Assembly: GCA_016218065.1 (NCBI GenBank)
Contig: JACRFA010000109.1
Location: forward strand, 9,624-73,623
Reading direction: 5' to 3'
Source: Ignavibacteriota bacterium
GTDB taxonomy: Bacteria > Bacteroidota > Ignavibacteria > UBA10030 > UBA6906
Length of the DNA: 64,000 bases
A program made the translations under genes and the position numbers. A model generated the notes under the pieces. The model saw only the letters and a list, made by a program, of their open reading frames with translations, had not been told where the DNA came from and did no database searches. This document shows, piece after piece, positions 28,721 to 37,800 of the stretch. Within the stretch, counting starts at the first letter, position 1, and each line of letters opens with the position of its first letter.

Positions 28721-29407
28721 ATGCCTTCAATGTCGAGCCTTCGCGGCGGTTGGCAGAGGCCTTCACTCGTGCAGCCGAACGTCGCAGCTTTGACAAATCT
28801 CTCAACGAATCATCCAAGAACGTCGGTGCCCATCACATCTGAAACAGTGCTCAGTGTCCTTGTCGGCATTGCACTCGCGGCAGCGTGCGGATTCCGCATC
28901 TTCGTCCCGCTGCTTGTTATGAGCATTGCCTCCTCGACCGGGCACCTCACGCTTGCGTCCGGCTTCGAATGGATCGCGACGCTGCCGGCGCTCAGCGCAT
29001 TCGGCGTCGCGACCATCGTCGAGATTCTCGGCTACTACATTCCGTGGGTCGATCATTTGCTGGATGTGATCGCAACACCGACAGCCGTTGTCGCGGGCAC
29101 ACTCGCGATGGCTTCCACTATCGTCGGACTCAGCCCGTTTCTCCAATGGACTCTCGCGATTGTTGCAGGCGGAGGAGTTGCGGGACTCATTCAAGCATTC
29201 ACAGGCATCACCCGCGTTGCCTCGACCGCGACAACGGGCGGCGTGGCAAATCCGCTCGTGTCCACTGCAGAGGCTGGCAGCGCAGCGACCATTTCGCTTC
29301 TTGCTGTGCTGGTTCCACTGCTTGCCGCAACAATCGTAGTTCTTGTCGCCGTCTTCGCGACACGTACGCTCTATCGAAGACTCGTTCGAATCAACGCACG
29401 ACGATAA
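28721..29407 (+). CDS. membrane protein (DUF4126-like); start uncertain
   Basis: The hydrophobic core begins at 'VLSVLVGIALAAACGFRIFVPLLVMS'. An in-frame GTG at 28847 would give about 186 aa, and a separate 44-codon ORF (28708..28842) ends just before it. Confidence 0.5.
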   Translation: MPSMSSLRGGWQRPSLVQPNVAALTNLSTNHPRTSVPITSETVLSVLVGIALAAACGFRIFVPLLVMSIASSTGHLTLASGFEWIATLPALSAFGVATIVEILGYYIPWVDHLLDVIATPTAVVAGTLAMASTIVGLSPFLQWTLAIVAGGGVAGLIQAFTGITRVASTATTGGVANPLVSTAEAGSAATISLLAVLVPLLAATIVVLVAVFATRTLYRRLVRINARR

Positions 29408-29442
29408 TCCCCTCATCGTCCTGCACATCATCTCACCAAAAC

Positions 29443-29706
29443 ATGGAGGCTCACGTGGGACTCATAGGAACGATACTCATCGGGCTGGTGGCTGGGGCGT
29501 TGGCGAAACTCATCATGCCGGGAAAACAGGGCGGCGGCTGGATCATGACGATCCTACTCGGCATTGCAGGCTCACTCGTGGCAACAATGCTCGGTCGCGC
29601 GGTGGGGTGGTATCAGGAGGGCGAGGGCGCGCAATTCATCGGTTCAATAGTCGGTGCCATTATCATTCTGATCGTCTATGGATTCTTCAAGAAAAAGTCT
29701 GCGTAA
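29443..29706 (+). CDS. GlsB/YeaQ/YmgE-family stress-response membrane protein
   Basis: These are the last 87 codons of ORF 28885..29706, with the ATG at 29443. 'IGTILIGLVAGALAKLIMPGKQGGGWIMTILLGIAGSLVA..LG' is the family signature. Confidence 0.85.
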   Translation: MEAHVGLIGTILIGLVAGALAKLIMPGKQGGGWIMTILLGIAGSLVATMLGRAVGWYQEGEGAQFIGSIVGAIIILIVYGFFKKKSA

Positions 29707-30625
29707 GCTGATCGCGCCGTTGGCGGTGTTCATGTGGTGTATCGCGGCGACACTGAACGCACAGCCGGAAAATCTTGAGCTTGTCAAGAAGAAAGCTGAT
29801 GCAAAGCTGCGCGAAGCGGTGAACGGCGTGAGCGGCGCAATGGGATTTGTCGCGTTTGATCTTGTCCGCGGCGATCGATTTGCCATGAACGAGCAACTCG
29901 TCTTCCCGCAGGCCAGCGCGATCAAGATCCTAATTCTGATGGAAGTTTTTATGCAAGTGCACAAAGGGAAGATCAAGTTCTCTGATCTGTTGTGGGTGGA
30001 GAAGAAGAAGCAAGCCGCCGGTTCAGGCGTTTTGTCTGAGCTGGGCGATCATTCGTCGCAACTCAGCATTCGCGATCTCTGTGTTCTGATGATCGTCCTC
30101 AGCGACAACACTGCGACCAACATGCTGCTGGATGTTATCGGGATCGGGAACGTCAACCAGACGCTCCGCTCTCTCGGACTCACGAAGACGAAAGTGCAGC
30201 GGCGCATGCTGGATCAGGCGGCTTCGGTGCGCGGCGACGAGAATCTCTCGACGCCCGCGGAGGCTGCGCGCATTATGGAGATTCTTTTCAAGGGCGAGTT
30301 CATCAACCGCGCCGTGTGCGATGATCTTCTTTCCATCTTGAAGAAGCCGAAGGGCGGCGCGATACAATCCGCGATGCCGCCCGATGTTCCCGTTGCGTTC
30401 AAGCCCGGTGGTCTCTCCGGCGTGACAACGGAATGGGCGATCGTGTATCTTGAAGGCTTGCCGTTTGTTGTTGTGGTGATGGAGAACTATGCGGTGGGCG
30501 ACGAGGCAGATCGAGCGACGAAAAAGATCGCGGCGATTTTGTATGAGTACTATTCTCGCATCGCGACGGCAACGAAGTACGGGACGTACGTGGAACCGAG
30601 ACTCCTGAAAGAAACGGTGAAGTGA
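29678..30625 (+). CDS. class A beta-lactamase-related serine hydrolase (secreted)
   Basis: Signal peptide ending 'ATLNAQ'. S-x-x-K 'QASAIK', 'LSDNTATN', and the KTG-position variant 'FKPGG'. Confidence 0.78.
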   Translation: MDSSRKSLRKLIAPLAVFMWCIAATLNAQPENLELVKKKADAKLREAVNGVSGAMGFVAFDLVRGDRFAMNEQLVFPQASAIKILILMEVFMQVHKGKIKFSDLLWVEKKKQAAGSGVLSELGDHSSQLSIRDLCVLMIVLSDNTATNMLLDVIGIGNVNQTLRSLGLTKTKVQRRMLDQAASVRGDENLSTPAEAARIMEILFKGEFINRAVCDDLLSILKKPKGGAIQSAMPPDVPVAFKPGGLSGVTTEWAIVYLEGLPFVVVVMENYAVGDEADRATKKIAAILYEYYSRIATATKYGTYVEPRLLKETVK

Positions 30626-31095
30626 AACAGCGATTATACCTTGAGACTACTATCCCGAGTTTTCTGGTTGCCAAACCGAGCCGTGATCTGATTACCTTGG
30701 CTAGACAGGAAGTCACAAGGGATTGGTGGCGTCGTCGCCGAAATGATTTCGACATTTGGATCTCTCAGTTCGTGATTGATGAGGCGGCGATGGGAGACGC
30801 AGGGATGGCAACGCGACGTCTGAGAGTCATAGCACCGTTTCGTCAGTTGCAGTCAACTGCGGCGGTGCGGGAGTTGACACGCGTGTTTCTCGCTAAACAG
30901 ATTCTTCCGCGGAGCGCGGCGAACGACGCAGCGCATATTGCTATTGCCGCAGTGCATGAACTTGATTACATTCTCACGTGGAACCTTGCCCACATTGCAA
31001 ATGGAGAAATCCTGAAGCGTGTAGTCGCTGCATGTGCTGAACAAGGGTATCATTGCCCGATAGTGTGTACGCCGGACGAACTCATGGGGATGTAA
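30622..31095 (+). CDS. PIN-like domain protein (VapC-like toxin candidate)
   Basis: The GTG start overlaps the upstream TGA (GTGA). 'LYLETTIPS', 'VIDEAAMGD', 'DAAHIAIAAVHELDYILTWNLAHIAN' place acidic residues in the manner of PIN domains. Confidence 0.55.
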   Translation: MKQRLYLETTIPSFLVAKPSRDLITLARQEVTRDWWRRRRNDFDIWISQFVIDEAAMGDAGMATRRLRVIAPFRQLQSTAAVRELTRVFLAKQILPRSAANDAAHIAIAAVHELDYILTWNLAHIANGEILKRVVAACAEQGYHCPIVCTPDELMGM

Positions 31096-31098
31096 ACG

Positions 31099-31311
31099 AT
31101 GCGACAGGATGAGATACTTAAGGAGATTCACGCAAATCGAAAGAAGATCGCTGCGCGTTACAAATACAACCTCGACGCCTTGTTTGATGACGTCGAGAAA
31201 AGGCAATGGCGATCGGGCCACGAAGTAGTCTCCTTTGAAGCGAAGACCAAGGTACATCGACGTGTTGCTGAACCCACATCATCATATATATCTAAGAAGA
31301 AAACGGACTAG
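31099..31311 (+). CDS. small partner protein of the PIN-like gene (antitoxin candidate)
   Basis: 70 aa, starting 3 nt after the PIN-like stop. '[42 protein letters not shown]' resembles small proteins I recall being paired with this PIN subfamily. Confidence 0.45.
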   Translation: MRQDEILKEIHANRKKIAARYKYNLDALFDDVEKRQWRSGHEVVSFEAKTKVHRRVAEPTSSYISKKKTD

Positions 31312-31316
31312 CACTT

Positions 31317-31636
31317 ATGCTTGTCGTAACCACCAATACTGTTGAAGGAAAGAAGGTCGCAAAGTACATCGGCCTGGTCAGCGGTGAAGCAATACTCGGA
31401 GCAAACATCTTCCGCGATTTCTTTGCGGGCATTCGCGACATCGTGGGCGGCCGCTCGGCTGCATACGAAGAAGAACTGCGCAAGGCGAAGGACATTGCCG
31501 TTACCGAGATGACTCAGCAGGCGCAGATGTTGGGCGGCACGCCGTCATCGGCGTCGATCTCGATTACGAGACAATCGGTGCGAACGGCAGCATGCTGATG
31601 GTGAGCGCGAGCGGAACCGCAGTGGTGATTGAATAG
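31317..31636 (+). pseudogene. ybjQ: YbjQ/UPF0145-family gene with a 1-nt frameshift
   Basis: The first 74 codons are canonical ('[43 protein letters not shown]'). The family C-terminus '[31 protein letters not shown]' continues in another frame from 31541 to 31636. The total is 320 nt (3n-1). Confidence 0.8.
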
Positions 31637-31681
31637 CGTTTACTATTCGCTATTTCACTTCTGACGAGGAACACCTGCCTA

Positions 31682-31708
31682 CTGCCTGCCTCCCGGTAGG
31701 CAGGGCAG
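31682..31708. terminator. imperfect GC-rich hairpin between convergent genes
   Basis: CTGCCTGCCT / AGGCAGGGCAG with one bulge and loop CCCGGT, between the ybjQ 3' end and the MBL gene 3' end. Confidence 0.35.
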
Positions 31709-31734
31709 GCAGCCCGCCGTTGGCCCATAAACAT

Positions 31735-33195
31735 TCAAGCATCAACGCCGGCGCGAAAAACCTGAATGTCAAAATCGGATGTGTTCTCCTTCATGTACCC
31801 GCAGAGAATGCGCTCGCCATCCGTTCGCACATTGATCAAGCCATAGATCAGATCGGTTGAGATCGGCGTGTGTGTGAGCGGTCGAAACTTCGCGCCGGAC
31901 TCCGACGACTTGATCTCAGCGTTCGCTGCCTGAAGCAGCGGCGAAGGCTTTCCGCGTTCGCGAACCGCCGCCGCCGTGCACAGCTTGATGGAACGCGCAA
32001 GCTCGGTCGAGTAGATAAGCGGAGGCAGCACGCCGCCGTCGAGATCTTTCGCTTCGCGGCCATAGCGCGCAGAGGCGCCGAGCACACGCGGCCGCGGATG
32101 CGCGTAGTCTTCGTTGTCGCCGGATGAGATGATGGTTGCCCGCGCTGCCATCGCGCGCACGAAACGCATATCGATGTCATCGGAGCCGTGATGGCATCCC
32201 TTCGCCACATCCGCCGCGAACTCGTCGCCCGGTTGATAGCTGAGCAGCAAGCATTGTGAGCGGGAGTTCAGATCGCCGGTGAGGAGAATCCGGCTCTTTC
32301 CAAAATCAACGCGCAGCACAACCGAGTGTCCGTTGCGTGTGACGCTTTCGGAGCCGAGGTAGCGCAGTCCGCGAGCCGCGGGGGTGGTTTCTTCGAGTAC
32401 CGGGCCCAGCACGCGAATGGACGCGCGGCCGGCTTTCGGCTTGTAGCCCGGAAAGTAACCAATGCGGTGATCGATCCGTCGGACTTTCTTCGGGACTTTT
32501 CCCACGAGCGCCGCGAGCCGCGCGAATGTTGACTCGAATCTCCGCTTCGGCTGTGCGAAGCTCGCTTTGTCATCGAGTAGTTCGGTGATGAACGTGCCGT
32601 CGGCCTTGAGGCCAAACTCGCCGAACGGAATCGAGGCAACCGAGCCTTTGACGGTCTTTCCAAGCGCCGGCTCGTCGGCGAAGCGCGCCAAACCGCTGTG
32701 CCAGAAAGTTTCGACTTCGATTGGGAACGTTCTCCCGTCGTTGAGTGTCCCTGCCAGCAGATCGAGCATGCCTCCATAGTGATCGAAGTCCGGATGTGTG
32801 ATAACGACGTTCCGCAGTGAGACGCCGGGCCTACCGAGATCATTTTGAAATTTCCAGCGTATGAAATTCGCGGCGCCGCGCTTTGTCATCTGCTCTTCGT
32901 TGGCGATGCCCGCGTCGATCACATGCCACTCGTCGTCGGGCGTTCGCATCAGCACGCTATCGCCCTGGCCGACATCGATGACGTAGAGTTCGAGCAGGCC
33001 GCTGGCCGTCAACACTGACGTATCGACCCAGCCGCCATCTTTGTGCCGACCTGTGAGCACGCGGGATTTCACGCCGCTCTCTTTTTCGACGCGCACCGGA
33101 TCGCCCCAAATCATGTGGGCAATAGTCTTGTTGTTGTCGTCCTTGAGAGCTGTCTTGAAATTACCTCCGACATCGTTGATAAACATGTTTTTCAT
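31735..33195 (-). CDS. stand-alone ComEC-C-terminal-type MBL-fold metallo-hydrolase
   Basis: 486 aa with no signal peptide. 'LYVIDVGQGDSVLM', 'VVITHPDFDHYGG', 'LLTGDL', 'KGCHHGSDD', as in the beta-lactamase-like domain of ComEC/Rec2. Confidence 0.7.
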   Translation of the reverse strand: MKNMFINDVGGNFKTALKDDNNKTIAHMIWGDPVRVEKESGVKSRVLTGRHKDGGWVDTSVLTASGLLELYVIDVGQGDSVLMRTPDDEWHVIDAGIANEEQMTKRGAANFIRWKFQNDLGRPGVSLRNVVITHPDFDHYGGMLDLLAGTLNDGRTFPIEVETFWHSGLARFADEPALGKTVKGSVASIPFGEFGLKADGTFITELLDDKASFAQPKRRFESTFARLAALVGKVPKKVRRIDHRIGYFPGYKPKAGRASIRVLGPVLEETTPAARGLRYLGSESVTRNGHSVVLRVDFGKSRILLTGDLNSRSQCLLLSYQPGDEFAADVAKGCHHGSDDIDMRFVRAMAARATIISSGDNEDYAHPRPRVLGASARYGREAKDLDGGVLPPLIYSTELARSIKLCTAAAVRERGKPSPLLQAANAEIKSSESGAKFRPLTHTPISTDLIYGLINVRTDGERILCGYMKENTSDFDIQVFRAGVDA

Positions 33196-33381
33196 GTTGG
33201 GTTCCCTTGCAGTTGTCGAGGTGTTGGGGGCTTACTCGTGCAATTCACGACGCGCAGCGCGCATCGGCCAAATCATGCCGGCGTGATCGTTCGGAGAACG
33301 ATCGCAGTTGCCGTTGAGCGCAGATATCTGAAAACCAACGGAGACAGCGAGACGCTTGAATTCTTCTCGCGTGAAGAGATA

Positions 33382-33547
33382 GCAGGGTGTTGAAAAAGGC
33401 TCTCATGTCATTCCGATGGAGCGTTTCGACTTCGCTCAGCACAGGCTGCGCGACTGAGGAATCTCTCTCAGTTTGGATCAGATTCCTCACCCTGCCAAAG
33501 AGCGTCGGTGTTCGGAATGACATTGACTCAGTTTTTCAACACCCTGC
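33382..33547. mobile_element. MITE-like element, family copy C (166 bp)
   Basis: Near-perfect TIRs GCAGGGTGTTGAAAAAG / CAGTTTTTCAACACCCTGC, with TA on both flanks (33380-81, 33548-49). The interior is a long imperfect palindrome (CATGTCATTCCG...CGGAATGACATTG). Confidence 0.8.
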
Positions 33548-33585
33548 TAGAAGTTGATGTCGTGCTTCCGCTGGCTCGTAGGCTG

Positions 33586-34659
33586 TCATTTGTGCTTGTT
33601 CTGTTTGAAGTAGTGCTTGATTGTTCGACTGAGAATTTTCTCCTTCCGCTTGCGTTCAAGTCTGCCCGCGACCGTCGTACGTTCCTCCATCCAGTGCGCC
33701 TCATGCCGCAGCTTGACGTAACTTTGGTAGCGTCCTTCGTCGAGCGCGCCGTCGTTCACTGCGCGTTGCACGGCGCAATCCGGCTCATGCGTGTGCGTGC
33801 AGTCGGTGAACTTGCACTCATCTGCCAGCCCGGCAATCTCCGGGAATGTTGCATCAAGGCTCGACGCCGCGTGCCAGAGACCGAGTTCTCGCATGCCGGG
33901 GGTGTCGATGAGAATGCCGCCGGTGGGAAGGATGATCATCTGTCGCCGCGTGGTCGTGTGGCGTCCACGCGAGTCGTCTGTGCGGACTTCGTTCGTTGGC
34001 AGCAGCTCGCTGCCGGTGAGTCTGTTGATCAGCGTTGACTTGCCAACACCCGACGATCCGATGAAGCAGATCGTTGTTCCATCGCTGATGAACTGCTGAA
34101 GTTCTGCGATGCCTTCTCCGGTTGTCGCGCTGTAGGGAATGAGAGGAACATTCTGGGCGACAGGCTTTGCTTCGGCGAGCAGCGTTGATAACTCGCCGGG
34201 CGCGAGCAAATCGGCTTTGCTCAGCAGTACAACCGGTTGCGCACCGCTTTCAGCCGCGACGATGAGATAGCGCTCCAGCCGACGCAAATTGAAATTCCCG
34301 TCGAGTCCCTGCACAATGAAGATCGTGTCAACATTTGCCGCGATGATCTGTTGCTCGGATTTGTCGCCCGCCGCTTTGCGAGAGAGCAAAGTCTTTCGCG
34401 GAAGCACATCATGGATAACTGCCTGCGTGTCGTTGTCGAGCAAGCTGACGATAACCCAATCGCCGACCGCGGGCAAGTGCGCTCGGCTCTCGGCAGTGAA
34501 TCGAAGCTTGCCGGAAATTTCGGCCGGGATTTCAACGCGACCATTCGTGACGAGATAGCTTTCGCGATTCTCTTCAGTCACGCGGGCAAGTGCAAATCCC
34601 TGATCGAGAAAAGTGTGCGCGTGTTCTTCAATTGCGGGGGTAAGTCCGATCGATTTCAT
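33586..34659 (-). CDS. rsgA: ribosome small-subunit-dependent GTPase A
   Basis: ORF 33586..34695; ATG at 34659. 'GSSGVGKSTLINRL', 'IDTPGMRE', C-terminal zinc knuckle 'CKFTDCTHTHEPDCAV'. Confidence 0.92.
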   Translation of the reverse strand: MKSIGLTPAIEEHAHTFLDQGFALARVTEENRESYLVTNGRVEIPAEISGKLRFTAESRAHLPAVGDWVIVSLLDNDTQAVIHDVLPRKTLLSRKAAGDKSEQQIIAANVDTIFIVQGLDGNFNLRRLERYLIVAAESGAQPVVLLSKADLLAPGELSTLLAEAKPVAQNVPLIPYSATTGEGIAELQQFISDGTTICFIGSSGVGKSTLINRLTGSELLPTNEVRTDDSRGRHTTTRRQMIILPTGGILIDTPGMRELGLWHAASSLDATFPEIAGLADECKFTDCTHTHEPDCAVQRAVNDGALDEGRYQSYVKLRHEAHWMEERTTVAGRLERKRKEKILSRTIKHYFKQNKHK

Positions 34660-34824
34660 AGCGGTGATATGATAGTCATTCAATCCCAAAAACAAAAGCG
34701 TCCTCCGATATGAAATCGAAGGACGCTGGTTGATTCATCAGTTGATTCACAAGATCAAAAGAAATGTCACTTCAGCACAATGAGTCCCGCCAAATCATAG
34801 CGGGACTCATTCGCGATAATATCA

Positions 34825-37800
34825 CTACTTAAGCAGAATGAGCTTCTTCAAGCTGGTGAATGTTTCGCCCGACGCGCCCACTGCAACAAACCGATAGAAG
34901 TACATGCCTGTTGCAATTTGCGCTCCGCTCGCGTTCCGTCCGTTCCACACAACGCGATGGAATGCAGCCTCCATGTCGCCATCGGCCAATGTCACGACTT
35001 CTTGTCCGAGTAAGTTGTAGATCTTCAGACTCACCGTCGCCTGTTCCGGAAGTGCAAACTCAATCGTCGTCGTCGGGTTGAACGGATTCGGATAATTTTG
35101 CTCAAGAGCAAACGTCGCCGGAATCCCGTTCACATCGGCGGCAACTTCGTTGATCGTGCGTCTGTAGCGGACAATTGCGCCGCTGGCGCCGCCTGCCCAG
35201 CCAAACGTGCCGCCTGCCTGAGCTACGACATCAAGCGCCCAGAGCGCGGTCGCGCCGGTGTATCCGTTCTTCGGAGTCGCGGCCCATGTTACGCCGCCGT
35301 TCGATGTGTAATACACATTCGTGCCAACGGTTGCCCAGAATTCCGTGCCCGATGTTCCGGTGATGCCCGTACCCTGACCTGTGCCGGCTGCTCCTCCTGC
35401 CGTCCAGCTTGTGCCGCCATTCGTTGTGTAGTTCGTAACGCCGGAAGCAAACACAGCCGCGCCTTGTGTTGCGCTGTTGAAGTACACACCGTAGCTGTTC
35501 GCTCCAGTCGTCGCGGCCGATGCCCATGTTGCGCCAAGATCAGTTGAGCGATAGACTTTACTGGAGTTTGTTCCGAACCACAAGTTGTTGCCGAGAAGTT
35601 GGAACGCGTTGTTCCAGCCTGCTTCAGTGCCAACCTGCGTCGGTTCCGTTGCCATGCGGGCCCATGTTGTTCCGCTGTCTGTCGTCTTCAACACAATCCA
35701 CTTGCCTCCAACAGGATCACCGACAGCGTATCCTTCGGTCGTTGTCTTCATCTGAATGCCGTCGATGAATGCGGCGGCGAGCGTATAGACTTGCGTCCAC
35801 AATGCGCCGCCGTTTGTCGTCTTGTAGATGTATGTTGCGGATGGCGACGTCGTCACGTACGCGGTGTTTGCATCAAGCGCATCGCCTGAATACACATCAG
35901 CAGTTCCGATCGCGCCGCCGCCAACGGATTGCCACGTCGTTCCGCCGTTGGTAGTCCGAAGCACGACGCCACCAGTACCTCCCGCCCAGGCAACGAGATC
36001 ATTGATCACTTTGATCCAGTAGATCGTTGAAGTTGTTCCGCTGGTCTGAACAGTCCAGCTTGTGTCGCCGGACGATTGCGTTGCGATCGTGAACGCAGCA
36101 TTGCTTGTATCCGCCGGCGTGCCGCTGGATTTTCGCGAGATGCGGACGAAGCATGTCGTTGATGGAGCGTTCGGCACAGTCCATGCGAATGTTCCGGTTG
36201 GATTATCAAGCACGCTTCCGGCGATTGCGACGGCGTTGGCTTTCGGATGAATCCACTGTCCCGGTTGAGCCGGTACACCCGATGTGATGACGGTGTACGG
36301 GCCGTTGCGTCCGGCTGTCGAGTATTCGATCTTGACAGTGTCAACAAGGGACTGATTCCAAGTGATCTGTCGAACAGAACCGATTGTCCAGTTCTCGCCG
36401 CCATTGGGAGACGTGACCGTCACAGATGGAGTAGCTCCGCCGGTAACATCGAGACGAACGCGAACTCGCCCTATGTCGGGACTTCCCGTGCCGGTGATCG
36501 TAAGGATGGCGTTGTATGTTCCGTTCGACATGCCTTCAGGATGAACGCGAATCTGAACTGCCTGGCTGTCGAGAGGAGCAATCGTGCCGTCGCCTCGATC
36601 AGTTGAGAGCCATGACACGAGATCCTTCGTCAGTAGAACGGTGAGATTATTGTGCAGATAGCTTGAGTTGTTCTGAACTTGCAGACCAACAGTGCCTGTG
36701 CTGTTCTCGATGCCGGTCGTTGATGAGTTGAGCGTCGTGCTGACGAGATTCCGATAATTGACATACACCTCGCCCGTCTGCTTGAGCACAATCTGGAACG
36801 TCAGTGTGTCAACTTCAGCGCCCGCGCCGCCTGAGTTGTATCGAGGCACGCTGTCCCACTGAACGATGAAGCGACCGTTTGCTGCATCATGATAGTAGAG
36901 CAGCTTTCCGCGGAATCTGAAATCGAGATCATCCCAAATCGCATACACCGCGTTGTTCGGCGCAGCGGTTGACGGGATCGCTCCGTTCGAAAGCGATGTC
37001 GATCCTGCGCCGAAGTTGAGGAAGCCGTTCGTTGTGATGTTGACGGAAGTGTAGCTGTTGCCGTAGAACGTGAACGCAGCAGGCATCGCAACTGTTGCAT
37101 AACCATCATCGAGCGTCCCCGTTGTCATGGTCGTGATTTGGGTTCCGACAGAACTAATATTGAAGAACTGTACTGCCGGTCCGCCGGGTTCATCTGAGTC
37201 GATCCACGTGTACCCGAACGCGTCAGGTCCGCCGCGCCCATCGGGCGAATCACCTGCAGCTGATGGCGGTTCCATGCCGCCTTTCACTGCAACAGGTGTG
37301 TTTTGCTGTGTGATGCTTCGTTGAATTGCTGCCGCTGTCGATGCTGCCGTGGGAAGTCCTTCTTCAATGCGGTACCGAAGCGTGTCGGTTCCTGTGTTTC
37401 TGATGCGGAATGTTGCACGCGTCGTGTCTGATCCGGCAGCGCGCGAGAATGCAAACGTATCTGGCGTGACAACGAAGCGCGCCACACCAAACACACGCAG
37501 GCGCATCGGAACCGTGAGCGGCGAATGGAATGGATCGTTGCCTGTGACCGTCAGGTTGCCCAGGTACGTACCCGCGAGCAATCCGTTGGAGTTGAACCGG
37601 ACCGGAATCCGTCGCGTCGAATCAACGGGCACAGAACCGCTGGCAGGCGACGCATTCGCCCATGTTGTCCCCGTCGAGCTCCAGTTGAGCGCGAGCGTTC
37701 CGCTGTTCGAAAGTCGGAGCGTATCATAGCCGGTGAAGTTCCCGACCTCCAAAACGGCTCGCAGCGTATCGGTGGTTGTTGACATGAGAGCGGTCGGCGC

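Noticed and set aside
28885-29442. The upstream 186 codons of the 273-aa ORF 28885..29706.
   Set aside because: This part overlaps the DUF4126-like membrane gene in another frame and is Arg/Cys-rich nonsense. Only the last 87 codons (GlsB family) are credible.
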